Shown here one piece after another: positions 17,985 to 26,091 of a stretch of 37,818 nt of DNA. Numbering within the stretch: the first letter of the stretch is position 1; every line of letters starts with the position of its first letter. The stretch comes from a virus (taxonomy: Duplodnaviria > Caudoviricetes). The translations under genes were made by a program, and so were the position numbers. The stretch spans positions 1 through 37,818 of the IMG/VR virus record IMGVR_UViG_3300038675_000275; one strand, 5' to 3'. The notes beneath the pieces are model-generated. The model did not search any database and had not been told where the DNA came from. It was given only the letters and a program-made list of their open reading frames with translations.

Positions 17985-18215
17985 TTATTTGCGGTGTAAG
18001 TTTTCATATTCCCAACCGCCACAAATATGATTGCCGTGTCGGTCAAGTCTTGGGATAGTTCCTCCGAATATTCCTGCTTTTATGTAGTGGCGGCCAGTGG
18101 CATTGTCGATATAAAGACCTAATCCGCTTTTTTTAAATCGGTTTCTATCTGTACTGTCCACAACTAAAAGCCCTAAAAGCCATACTATAAATAAAAATAT
18201 TAACCAAAATTTCAT
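17985..18215 (-). CDS. Membrane-anchored DUF6440-like protein
   Basis: N-terminal TM segment and IDNATGRHYI...GGTIPRLDRHG motif. Confidence 0.55.
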   Translation of the reverse strand: MKFWLIFLFIVWLLGLLVVDSTDRNRFKKSGLGLYIDNATGRHYIKAGIFGGTIPRLDRHGNHICGGWEYENLHRK

Positions 18216-18343
18216 CTTTCCTCCTCTTTATATTCCCCGCATACTCGGCGGTTTGTTGTTTCTACCTCTAAATCGCATTCAGAACAATATACCTTGTTTT
18301 CTGTTATCTGCGTGCTGTTTTTGCAATTGTTGCAGTTTTGCAT
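18212..18343 (-). CDS. Small Cys-rich protein (43 aa; not in the ORF track)
   Basis: MQNCNNC...CSEC...C. Fills the operon gap exactly, with an ATGA overlap. Confidence 0.55.
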   Translation of the reverse strand: MQNCNNCKNSTQITENKVYCSECDLEVETTNRRVCGEYKEEER

Positions 18344-18345
18344 TT

Positions 18346-18747
18346 TTAGCCCTCCAAAATTGCTTCTACTTCTTCAATTAGTGCCTTATAAGATTGGTGG
18401 CAGCCTTCTTCTGTTTTCTCTCTGTTATAGGCTTCTAGTTCGTTTTCGTAGAATAATAAGCTACGATCATAAGCCGTTTTCTCTCTTTTACTGAAGTTTT
18501 CAAAAGTTAATTCCATTTCAGCATTCAAAGATTCTGTATTAAAGTAATCTTTGAAAATTTCCAGTTGATCTTTTGCAAGCCCAAGAATTGCATTGAACAT
18601 ATCAGAATTGTTTTTGTTCTTGATAAGTTTATTAACCTTCTTTAAAACCTCTTTGTGCTTAACTTCTGCGGCTTTTCTCTTTTTAATTTCTGCTTTACAG
18701 TCTTTTTTAAGATCCTCGAACCTTTTTAAAAGTTCTTCTTCAGTCAA
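18346..18747 (-). CDS. Hypothetical coiled-coil protein
   Basis: 133 aa from a TTG. The nearby GGAGG-preceded ATG at 18761 is out of frame. Confidence 0.55.
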   Translation of the reverse strand: MTEEELLKRFEDLKKDCKAEIKKRKAAEVKHKEVLKKVNKLIKNKNNSDMFNAILGLAKDQLEIFKDYFNTESLNAEMELTFENFSKREKTAYDRSLLFYENELEAYNREKTEEGCHQSYKALIEEVEAILEG

Positions 18748-18771
18748 AATTGCCCTTCCATACTGCCTCCT

Positions 18772-19257
18772 TTAATACTCGCTGTGCTTCCGGTTAAAAA
18801 CTAGATCCCAGCGTGATATTTTGTACTCTTTCAAAAATTCTTCATCACTCAAATTTTTAATAGCCTGATTATGTATTTGCTCGTGTAGTTCTATTGGCAC
18901 TAAAATTAGTTTTTGTTTAATGCCTCTTTCGTCGTACCAGCTTTGATTTTTATAGTAGTCCTTAATGTAGTGGTGCAAGTTATATTCGTAATGATTATAA
19001 TTTGCGGTAGATTTTATCCAATCAACCCCTATAAGTCTTCCGCTGTCAGTAAGCGTAAAAATAGGATATTTTTTAATATCCTCATTCATTGTTGGCTTTT
19101 TCTTCATAAAATCCCTTTCTAGCTGGCTTAAATACCACCTTATGTCGTAAATTTCACTTTCTGTTATTCCGTAAGTGCGTTTTAAGAAACGAAGCCTTAT
19201 TATTAAATCCCTTATTTCCTTATGCGGATTTAAAGAGAGTTCGTTGTACATTTTCAC
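18772..19257 (-). CDS. Putative HNH/His-Me-finger-like protein
   Basis: LHHYI...LILVPIELHEQIH resembles the HNH pattern. Start is uncertain. Confidence 0.45.
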   Translation of the reverse strand: MKMYNELSLNPHKEIRDLIIRLRFLKRTYGITESEIYDIRWYLSQLERDFMKKKPTMNEDIKKYPIFTLTDSGRLIGVDWIKSTANYNHYEYNLHHYIKDYYKNQSWYDERGIKQKLILVPIELHEQIHNQAIKNLSDEEFLKEYKISRWDLVFNRKHSEY

Positions 19258-19609
19258 CTACTTTCGGAGTTAAGATATAATCAACCCAGTTAGTTTTGTC
19301 GCCATATCTATTACAGCCGGCTTTAGCTTCCGTTGTGATCTCGTAAATATCTTCTATTTGTAATTTCTTTTTAATATCCCTTATGACAGAAGGAGCGTGT
19401 CTTATGCCGTAAAGTAAATGGCATTGCATATTTGTAATTCTGCCGTGTTCCATAAGGTGATTTAAGACTATTTCTGCTTGTGTCATTCCTGTTGAATTTT
19501 CTATGCCCTCATTTGTTATGTAAGGCTTGATCTGTTCAAACAATTCAGGCGGCAGCTTGTCTTCTAAGTAACCTATTACGTTAAAAATATAGTATTCTTG
19601 CTTATTCAT
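19220..19609 (-). CDS. Winged helix-turn-helix protein
   Basis: TQAEIVLNHLMEHGRIT...YGI...PSVIRDIKK pattern. Confidence 0.65.
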   Translation of the reverse strand: MNKQEYYIFNVIGYLEDKLPPELFEQIKPYITNEGIENSTGMTQAEIVLNHLMEHGRITNMQCHLLYGIRHAPSVIRDIKKKLQIEDIYEITTEAKAGCNRYGDKTNWVDYILTPKVGENVQRTLFKSA

Positions 19610-20325
19610 TATTTATCCCCCCTTTTAAGCCTGTAATCATCCCCATTTAGTCTAATTAAGTAGAAGTCTTCTGAAATACGGCTTATAATAGCTTTGCCCT
19701 TATCCCCGTAGTTTTTTGCCATATCCTGCATAGACTTTTCGGTAGTTATAACAGTAGGCTTCATTTGCTCGTACCGCTTGTTTATAATTGCGTATATCGT
19801 TTCACAAACCCAATCCGTGCCTTTTTCCTTGCCCAAATCGTCAATTATAAGAAGTTCAATGTCTGTGTATTTTGCAATGTCGAAATTTTCTTTAATCTCT
19901 GCAATCATTGAAATTACATTAATAAACTTGGCGGGTATTCCTCTTTGCATTACATCTTGTGCAATCGCACAAGCTAAATGCGTTTTTCCAGTGCCTACGT
20001 GGTCTGTTCCTTCGATTATCAAGTTAGTTCCTTTGTCTAAGTAGTCCTTTATGTTTTCGGCGTACTCTTGGGCTTTCTTTTTAGCTGTCTTTGTTATTCC
20101 GTCATAACATTTGAAGTTATCGAAAGTCCTTAAAGAAAATCTTTTATCAATCTTCGAATTTTTTAATAAGCCTTCAGCCCTCTTTTTTAGAAATAGACTT
20201 TTGCAAAAGTCGTCAACTTTTTTCACGTCGCCTGTTTCCTCAAAGATTTTTTCTGCTTGTTCTCTCATTTCGTAATTATCGTAAATAAGCCTAAAATTTT
20301 CTGATTCTACGTATAAATCGCTCAT
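19609..20325 (-). CDS. DnaC/IstB-like ATPase (helicase loader)
   Basis: TFDNF, GTGKTHLA, LLIIDDLGKE, IINKRY and ISRI...GDDYR motifs. Lies downstream of the initiator. Confidence 0.9.
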   Translation of the reverse strand: MSDLYVESENFRLIYDNYEMREQAEKIFEETGDVKKVDDFCKSLFLKKRAEGLLKNSKIDKRFSLRTFDNFKCYDGITKTAKKKAQEYAENIKDYLDKGTNLIIEGTDHVGTGKTHLACAIAQDVMQRGIPAKFINVISMIAEIKENFDIAKYTDIELLIIDDLGKEKGTDWVCETIYAIINKRYEQMKPTVITTEKSMQDMAKNYGDKGKAIISRISEDFYLIRLNGDDYRLKRGDK

Positions 20326-20326
20326 A

Positions 20327-21064
20327 TTAACTCCTACTCAAACTCATATAAAAATCATCCGTTTTGCTTGCTTCATCCTTTTTAGGTTCTTCAGGCTTTT
20401 TAGATGTGCCACAAGCATTAAATACCCACCGTCTAAGAGTTAAATTATCGTCTTTAGTTTTGTAATTTTTCTCTTTTTTGTATGACGATAGGTATTTAAT
20501 AGCCTTATTAGTGGCTTCCTCCCCATACTCCTTGTGCAGCCGTTCCAGTTCTGCTGCCGTTAGTTTCACATTCCCATACTCCCCGTAAGTGTCTTTCTTT
20601 GTTTTTTCGGGTTTTCCCACTGGTGCTTTAGGCTCTTTTTTACCTTCGCAACATCTGCAATTTAGATTACATTTTGTTTTGTATTCTGATTTGCATTGAT
20701 CCCAAATTTCAGGCTGAAGTTTATTGTAGTTATTGACTTTTATTAAAGTGCAACTCTTTAAATTTTTAGGATTAATTTTGAAACGTCTTATCATTCCGTC
20801 GGCTTCGAGTTCTTGTAAAAACTTTTCTACCTTTCTTTTATCCCAACGCCAATTTAAGGCAAGCTGCGAAATTGTTGTATCAAAATAGCCTCGTGGAATT
20901 ATAATTAAATTGCCTTGTACTAACTTTTTTGTACATACAAACTTTGCAAGCCTTATAATTTCCACCCACGATTCAAACTGTGTTAATTTTCTGTCTTGAT
21001 TTATAGGATAAATCCAGTTGTCAACAAGTTTTCTGCTTATGGTAAAAAACCCTTTTGCTTCCAT
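20327..21064 (-). CDS. Replication initiator (lambda O-like)
   Basis: N-terminal GFFTISRKL..NW and wHTH (LALNWRWDKRKVEKFL), internal iteron-like repeats, C-terminal YGEYGNVKLT domain. Precedes the DnaC-like gene. Confidence 0.8.
   Translation of the reverse strand: MEAKGFFTISRKLVDNWIYPINQDRKLTQFESWVEIIRLAKFVCTKKLVQGNLIIIPRGYFDTTISQLALNWRWDKRKVEKFLQELEADGMIRRFKINPKNLKSCTLIKVNNYNKLQPEIWDQCKSEYKTKCNLNCRCCEGKKEPKAPVGKPEKTKKDTYGEYGNVKLTAAELERLHKEYGEEATNKAIKYLSSYKKEKNYKTKDDNLTLRRWVFNACGTSKKPEEPKKDEASKTDDFYMSLSRS
20651..20696. repeat. Degenerate 12-bp-period iteron-like repeats inside the initiator gene
   Basis: ACATCTGCAA, TAGATTACAT, TGTTTTGTAT and TGATTTGCAT start at 20651, 20663, 20675 and 20687. 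Confidence 0.5.
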
Positions 21065-21072
21065 TCATCCTC

Positions 21073-21474
21073 CTAGTCGCCGTAGCCATACTTCCTTCTT
21101 GTCGCTTCTGATATTTCGCCCATTTGCATAAATTTAATTACACTTTGCAAGCCTGATATTTCAGCTTGAAAGGCTTTTAAAACCATTTCAAGCCCTTTAT
21201 ATTCTTGCTGGGCTTCGTTCATTCTGCTTGCTACTTCTATTGCTTCATTTGTATAGTCGGGGTGTGCAATTAACATAGGTATTTTATTTTCAAAAGCGGC
21301 TTTACTTCTGTGTAAACCCGCCTTATAAATCATTATTGTTATTCTGTTAAAGCACCTTGCATACTCGCTTCGGGCGTTTTTGTAGTCAATCGCTAACATT
21401 TTCATTTCGCCTGATACCCTTAAAAGCTGTTCTGCGAAGTCTTCAACTTGTTCTATTTCCTGTTCTTCTTCCAT
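21073..21474 (-). CDS. Hypothetical helical protein
   Basis: 133 aa, coupled to the recT stop. Confidence 0.6.
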   Translation of the reverse strand: MEEEQEIEQVEDFAEQLLRVSGEMKMLAIDYKNARSEYARCFNRITIMIYKAGLHRSKAAFENKIPMLIAHPDYTNEAIEVASRMNEAQQEYKGLEMVLKAFQAEISGLQSVIKFMQMGEISEATRRKYGYGD

Positions 21475-22325
21475 TATTCAATGTTTGAAAACGGATCAGG
21501 CGTTTCCGTTTCTTCTTCTTTTTCTTCTTGCACTGGGCTTGCTTCTATAATGTCGCCGCCGTGTAAGTCGTCGTTGTCAATGTAAGTAGTTTTATCGTCT
21601 TCAATAACCGCCATATCATTTGTGATAGCGGCTTGAAATTCAACCGACATAATACCCCATTTTGAAATTAACTGACGCAGCATTGTTTTAAAAGCCATTC
21701 CGTCAAAATCCTTACTCCAAAAACTGTATTTAGTATTCTTTTTCAGGTCGCTTCTGTATGCTTGCGAATATTTCTTTGCGTGTGCTTGCATTTTTTCTTT
21801 AGACCAGTAAAGAGTTTTTGTGAATCCGTTTTGATACTCAAACATAGCGTAGTAGCCTGTTGTCGCTGCGTTTTCTCTTTCTTCTTCATCATCAATTAAC
21901 TTCACGTCTAAGGTTTCATTTAAAGGATCATAATTTCTTAATTCACCTTCTTTAATTGCTAACACGTTGAGTTTTTTATAATAGCCGCTTCGTATTGCAA
22001 GCTGGATATAGCCTTTGTAGCCTAATTGGAATTGTGCAACTACTCTGTTATTGTTGTTGTCCTTAAAAGGCACTATGTAATATTGCCCCAGCTGCGGGCT
22101 TGATGAAAGTTTGAGGCTCTCACCAAGCAAAGCACTTGAAAGAATTGTAGAATGTTCGCATTCTGCTATTGCTGGGTTATTTGATACAAGAGAGATAAGA
22201 GAAGTTATAAACTTTCCCCCGTCTTTCCCTGCGATCATTGCATTTACTTTATTTTTTATTGCGTCAGACGTTATAAACGTGCTGAAGGTCTGCTTTTTGT
22301 TTACAGTTAAAGTATTTTTAACCAT
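21474..22325 (-). CDS. recT: RecT-family single-strand annealing protein
   Basis: LGQYYIVPF, AQFQLGYKGYIQLAIRSG and W..DFDGMAFKT motifs. Confidence 0.92.
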   Translation of the reverse strand: MVKNTLTVNKKQTFSTFITSDAIKNKVNAMIAGKDGGKFITSLISLVSNNPAIAECEHSTILSSALLGESLKLSSSPQLGQYYIVPFKDNNNNRVVAQFQLGYKGYIQLAIRSGYYKKLNVLAIKEGELRNYDPLNETLDVKLIDDEEERENAATTGYYAMFEYQNGFTKTLYWSKEKMQAHAKKYSQAYRSDLKKNTKYSFWSKDFDGMAFKTMLRQLISKWGIMSVEFQAAITNDMAVIEDDKTTYIDNDDLHGGDIIEASPVQEEKEEETETPDPFSNIE

Positions 22326-23143
22326 TATTCAAGCCCTCCATATCTTATGTTATTGTCTTTCAGGTATTGTCCTAAAGCGGTTAATTGTGCCGCCGTACCT
22401 TCTACCCAAAATTTACGCTGGTGTATTTTTTCTTGCTTCATTTCTAACACTTCGGGTGCTTCCTGCACTTGTTCCAGTTCTTTTACTGGTTCTGCTTGTG
22501 CGGCTTCTCTTTCTTCGATAGCCTTTTTGCGTTCTTCCAGTCTTGTTTTTTCTCTTAGAGCTTCTGAAATGTCGAGCGTTTTTAAGTAAGAATCAATCAA
22601 TGTTAATTCGTATTCGCTTTTAAGATCTTTAATTGTCTTAAGATCAAAATTAACTTTGTCTATCTTTTGTGTAATTTCATCAAAAACACTTTTTAAACTT
22701 ACTGAAGAATTAAGCATTTTTTCGTTAAATACTTTTTCGAATGGCAGCAAGTCTAATAAATCGCCGATATTATCAATATAAAATACTTTGATTTCGTCTA
22801 ACTTGTCGTCTTTTTTCTTCTGCTCGTAGGTCTTAACTTGTGTATCAATAGCCAAAATAGGCTTATCTATAAGCCCCGTAAGTTCTTTTACTTTTAATTC
22901 AAATTCTTCATAAGGCTTTAAGCATAATTTTTTAATACGCTTTCTTTCAGTTTCTATGACATCTTTAAACTTATTAAGGTTTGCTCTGTCTTTTTTTGCG
23001 TCCTGTATGCTATCATCTGTATAAATAACATTATTGAATTTTTCTAGGTTAGCCGTTAATTCTTGTTTTAATTCGTCAAAATTAAATTCTACGGCTTGAA
23101 TAAAGCCCGATTCTTCTTTCGGGCTTATTAGCTTAAATTCCAT
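22325..23143 (-). CDS. DUF1351-like protein
   Basis: FNFDELK...AKKDRANLNK...PYEEFE coiled coil, between yqaJ and recT. Confidence 0.8.
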   Translation of the reverse strand: MEFKLISPKEESGFIQAVEFNFDELKQELTANLEKFNNVIYTDDSIQDAKKDRANLNKFKDVIETERKRIKKLCLKPYEEFELKVKELTGLIDKPILAIDTQVKTYEQKKKDDKLDEIKVFYIDNIGDLLDLLPFEKVFNEKMLNSSVSLKSVFDEITQKIDKVNFDLKTIKDLKSEYELTLIDSYLKTLDISEALREKTRLEERKKAIEEREAAQAEPVKELEQVQEAPEVLEMKQEKIHQRKFWVEGTAAQLTALGQYLKDNNIRYGGLE

Positions 23144-23346
23144 TATTTTTCCTCCGTGCTTTTCTTGCTCAAACTAACCGTAAAGTGCGGTGAGTTTTCG
23201 TTCCCTCTCTGATATTCGGGAATTTCCCAAAGTGTTATAAACTTTGTTTCGTCTATTGTTAGCGGTAATGCTGCTTCGTCTATCTTTACTGATAGAAACA
23301 TTTTGCCGCCTTCAGTGGCTTTGTACCACGCTGCACCTATCTTCAT
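23143..23346 (-). CDS. DUF736-like small OB-fold/SSB-like protein
   Basis: KIGAAW.K...G..FLSVKID motif. Confidence 0.55.
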   Translation of the reverse strand: MKIGAAWYKATEGGKMFLSVKIDEAALPLTIDETKFITLWEIPEYQRGNENSPHFTVSLSKKSTEEK

Positions 23347-23618
23347 TAGTCCTCCGATTCTTCTATGTCTGACGCCATTTCTGACGCCATTTTTCTTAAG
23401 AAATCGCTAAAAGAAACGTGCTTGGTTAACCTATAGCATACAGTGTCTTTTTTCAATCCTTTGTCTTCAAACATTTTTACAAAGTTTTCAACGTCTTCTT
23501 TGAAGTTTGAAGCAACTTCTATGACTTTTTCTTTTTGTTGCTCCTCGTTTAAATCTTTAAATAGTTCGTCGTTTAAGGTTTCAATAACCTCAATTTTGAT
23601 ACAGTGTTTTACTTTCAT
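23346..23618 (-). CDS. Hypothetical protein (full-length copy)
   Basis: 90 aa. The N-terminal 64 aa are identical to those of 23721-23939. Confidence 0.6.
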   Translation of the reverse strand: MKVKHCIKIEVIETLNDELFKDLNEEQQKEKVIEVASNFKEDVENFVKMFEDKGLKKDTVCYRLTKHVSFSDFLRKMASEMASDIEESED

Positions 23619-23674
23619 TTCCTAGCCTCTCTTTCTGTTGGTTCTTCTACTTGCTTTTTGAATCTTGTTTAATT
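23427..23674. repeat. 248-bp perfect direct repeat, copy 1
   Basis: Identical by inspection to 23748-23995, with a 73-bp unique spacer between them. Confidence 0.95.
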
Positions 23675-23720
23675 TCCTGTTTTTCTTTTTGATTTTGATT
23701 TTTTCGTCGTGTGTTAGCAT
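23622..23720 (-). CDS. Small Lys/Arg-rich peptide (32 aa; not in the ORF track)
   Basis: AAGGAGG RBS. MLTHDEKIKIKKKNRKLNKIQKASRRTNRKRG. Confidence 0.55.
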   Translation of the reverse strand: MLTHDEKIKIKKKNRKLNKIQKASRRTNRKRG

Positions 23721-23939
23721 TTATCCTCCTTTAGTTTTTATTTTGTATAACCTATAGCATACAGTGTCTTTTTTCAATCCTTTGTCTTCAAACATTTTTA
23801 CAAAGTTTTCAACGTCTTCTTTGAAGTTTGAAGCAACTTCTATGACTTTTTCTTTTTGTTGCTCCTCGTTTAAATCTTTAAATAGTTCGTCGTTTAAGGT
23901 TTCAATAACCTCAATTTTGATACAGTGTTTTACTTTCAT
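23721..23939 (-). CDS. Truncated duplicate of 23346-23618 with a different C-terminus
   Basis: Created by the 248-bp duplication. Ends YKIKTKGG. Confidence 0.5.
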   Translation of the reverse strand: MKVKHCIKIEVIETLNDELFKDLNEEQQKEKVIEVASNFKEDVENFVKMFEDKGLKKDTVCYRLYKIKTKGG

Positions 23940-23995
23940 TTCCTAGCCTCTCTTTCTGTTGGTTCTTCTACTTGCTTTTTGAATCTTGTTTAATT
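23748..23995. repeat. 248-bp perfect direct repeat, copy 2
   Basis: Identical to 23427-23674 and overlaps the 3' end of yqaJ. Confidence 0.95.
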
Positions 23996-24663
23996 AATTC
24001 AGGTAATATAAGGGGCGGGCGTTCATCACGTTGAACATAGCCCCAAAACTCTATTTCTTTTTCTAAAAGCATTTCTAAGTCGGCTTCATAATCTAACCGA
24101 TCTATAAAATAGTGTCTTATATGTACTTTCTGTTCGTTAAAAATGCTATTATTCGTTTTTGCTAATTCTTTAATTCTTGCTTTCAACACTGCAAATTTAA
24201 AATCCTCTCTGCACAAGAAGTAGTGTAAAAGCTGGCAAAAATAACTCATTGGTATTTGATTTGTCCATTTATCCCAATCACATTGCCTTCTAATCGTTGT
24301 TGTTTTTACCTCAAAAACTCCACTGGTTGAAGTCGGTTTATGTTTTAAAATTCCGTCAAAACTTCCTTTAATAAAAGGATATGTTTTATTTGTGAAAAGT
24401 TTAAAATCTTCGTTAGTTACTTCAAATTCGGGATAATCTAAAGCAAAAAGTTTTCTTATATGGTCTTCTGCTTCAACTCCGAACTTAACGCAGTCTTTTT
24501 GTGATATGTCCTTTTGTTCTTTTCTTCCGGTTTTAATTTCCCAAAGATCAACATTAGTCATATATGGATTTAAGCCCAAAATTGCCGCAGCGTCGCTGCC
24601 TCCTATGCCCTTTTTTCTTTCTTCAAGCCATTGTTCACACTTGTTTAATTCTATATTCCCCAT
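23968..24663 (-). CDS. YqaJ-like viral recombinase/exonuclease
   Basis: WLEERKKGIGGSDAAAILG, LWEIKTG, GSFDG, EVKT and YFCQLLHY motifs. Confidence 0.92.
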   Translation of the reverse strand: MGNIELNKCEQWLEERKKGIGGSDAAAILGLNPYMTNVDLWEIKTGRKEQKDISQKDCVKFGVEAEDHIRKLFALDYPEFEVTNEDFKLFTNKTYPFIKGSFDGILKHKPTSTSGVFEVKTTTIRRQCDWDKWTNQIPMSYFCQLLHYFLCREDFKFAVLKARIKELAKTNNSIFNEQKVHIRHYFIDRLDYEADLEMLLEKEIEFWGYVQRDERPPLILPELIKQDSKSK

Positions 24664-24767
24664 AATGTAGCCTCTTGTGCTTCGCAGTAACTATCCCAAT
24701 TATCCCTTTCGTAATCTTGCATTTCGTGCATTTTCTGATCGTAATCTATTGTGCTTTCTTCTTCCAT
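24651..24767 (-). CDS. Small acidic protein (38 aa; not in the ORF track)
   Basis: GGAGG RBS. MEEESTIDYDQKMHEMQDYERDNWDSYCEAQEATLWGI. Confidence 0.45.
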   Translation of the reverse strand: MEEESTIDYDQKMHEMQDYERDNWDSYCEAQEATLWGI

Positions 24768-24949
24768 AATGTAGCCTCCAGTCTTAAAGTCCAATATTCA
24801 AACGCCATAGAATACCCCGCAATCTAATTTCAGAATTGCTTTTACATTCTCTATGGAGTTTTCGTAAAAAAAATGACTGTCGCTATCGGCAGCAGTCTTT
24901 TTGTATAATTCCAATTTGTTAATTATTTCTTCCAGTTCAAAACGTTTAA

Positions 24950-25222
24950 TCATATAGCCGACTTTCCCTTTTCGAAGCCTTCTTTTAATACTCTGTTTGC
25001 TTCTTGATAAGCCTTTTCTATTTGATTTGTTTTGATAATATGCTTCATATCTTTTGTTGCATATTCAAAAGCGGGTAAGTCCACTTTGCCTCTTAATTCA
25101 AATTCGTACTGATTTAAAAGAAATCTATAAACGAAGTTTATTTTTTTTCTTTCAAGTTCACTTTTAATTAAGAGTTCTTGTTTTTTTCTTCTTTCGAAGA
25201 ATCCTTTTAAAAAGTTTTTCAT
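24950..25222 (-). CDS. Hypothetical protein
   Basis: 90 aa with an AAGGGGG RBS. Confidence 0.6.
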   Translation of the reverse strand: MKNFLKGFFERRKKQELLIKSELERKKINFVYRFLLNQYEFELRGKVDLPAFEYATKDMKHIIKTNQIEKAYQEANRVLKEGFEKGKSAI

Positions 25223-25290
25223 AAAATCCCCCTTTCTTATATATACTTATATTTATTTCTTTATTTCCTTTATTATTAAGGTGTGCATTC

Positions 25291-25584
25291 TGTTTTACAT
25301 TCTTATTTGCATTCTGTTTTACATTCTTAATTTAAAATTAGGCTTAAGCCCTTTAGGTTCTTGCCATTTTTAATGTGCATATTACATACATAGCAAGTGT
25401 CAATTTTAATGTACACGCTGTTTTACATTCTTATTTACATTTTTGAAATATAAATAGGTGAAAATCCAGTTACTGTCCTGAAACACTGTTTTACATTTCC
25501 CTTAAAAATATGTATGTACTTTTCAGTTAAAAAACATCTACTTTTGCTATGTTTTTAATGCTTGTTTTACATTATGTTTTACAT
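25291..25584. repeat. Cluster of TGTTTTACAT direct repeats (iteron/operator-like)
   Basis: Exact copies at 25291, 25315, 25419, 25487, 25563 and 25575, and variants at 25303 and 25431, in AT-rich non-coding DNA. Confidence 0.8.
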
Positions 25585-25803
25585 TTTAGTGAGCATTTTG
25601 GATTAAAAAATCGCCTGAAAGCGAATAGCCATAAGTAAATTCTTATTTACATAGTTAAATTCTTATAGCAGCCCTCAATAAATATCCTCATAAAATATCC
25701 ATAAGGGCTGTCAAAGAATTTAAAACTTGTTTACTGCTTTTTATTATTAAATTGTCAAGGTACGAAATTATGCATATAGCTGAAATAAGGGGAGTAAAGC
25801 TAA

Positions 25804-25971
25804 TTAAGCCACTTCCCTTTTTTCTTCTCGGTTCAAAAAGTCCAGTATAGCTTCTTCAAATAAGCAATTACGTGAAACATTTTTGACTTTGGCAAGTTGT
25901 TCAAGTCTGTCTATTACTTCAATCGCAAGATAACCAGTAATATTAGTCTTATACTTTTTAGTCTTTGTCAA
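25804..25971 (-). CDS. Ribbon-helix-helix (CopG/Arc-like) regulator in the Cro position (55 aa; not in the ORF track)
   Basis: GGAGG plus TTG start. TNITGYL-AIEVIDRLEQLAKVKNVSRNCLFEEAILDFL has the strand-helix-helix pattern. Confidence 0.75.
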   Translation of the reverse strand: MTKTKKYKTNITGYLAIEVIDRLEQLAKVKNVSRNCLFEEAILDFLNREEKREVA

Positions 25972-26011
25972 AACTTCCTCCAAAACTATTCATTCAATCA
26001 ATCACAAGATA

Positions 26012-26040
26012 ATAGTACAAAAAATTAAAACAAATGTCAA
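26012..26040 (-). promoter_or_regulatory. Sigma70-type early (lytic) promoter
   Basis: TTGACA (26040-26035), 17-nt spacer, TACTAT (26017-26012). A divergent TATAAT at 26046-26051 on + with a poor -35 may drive cI. Confidence 0.75.
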
Positions 26041-26091
26041 GTACATATAATACTTACAATTACAACAAATAGATGAAATAAAGGTGAAAAA

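Noticed and set aside
25291-25584. CRISPR-like array
   Set aside because: Repeats are only 10 bp and irregularly spaced, with no uniform spacers and no cas genes.
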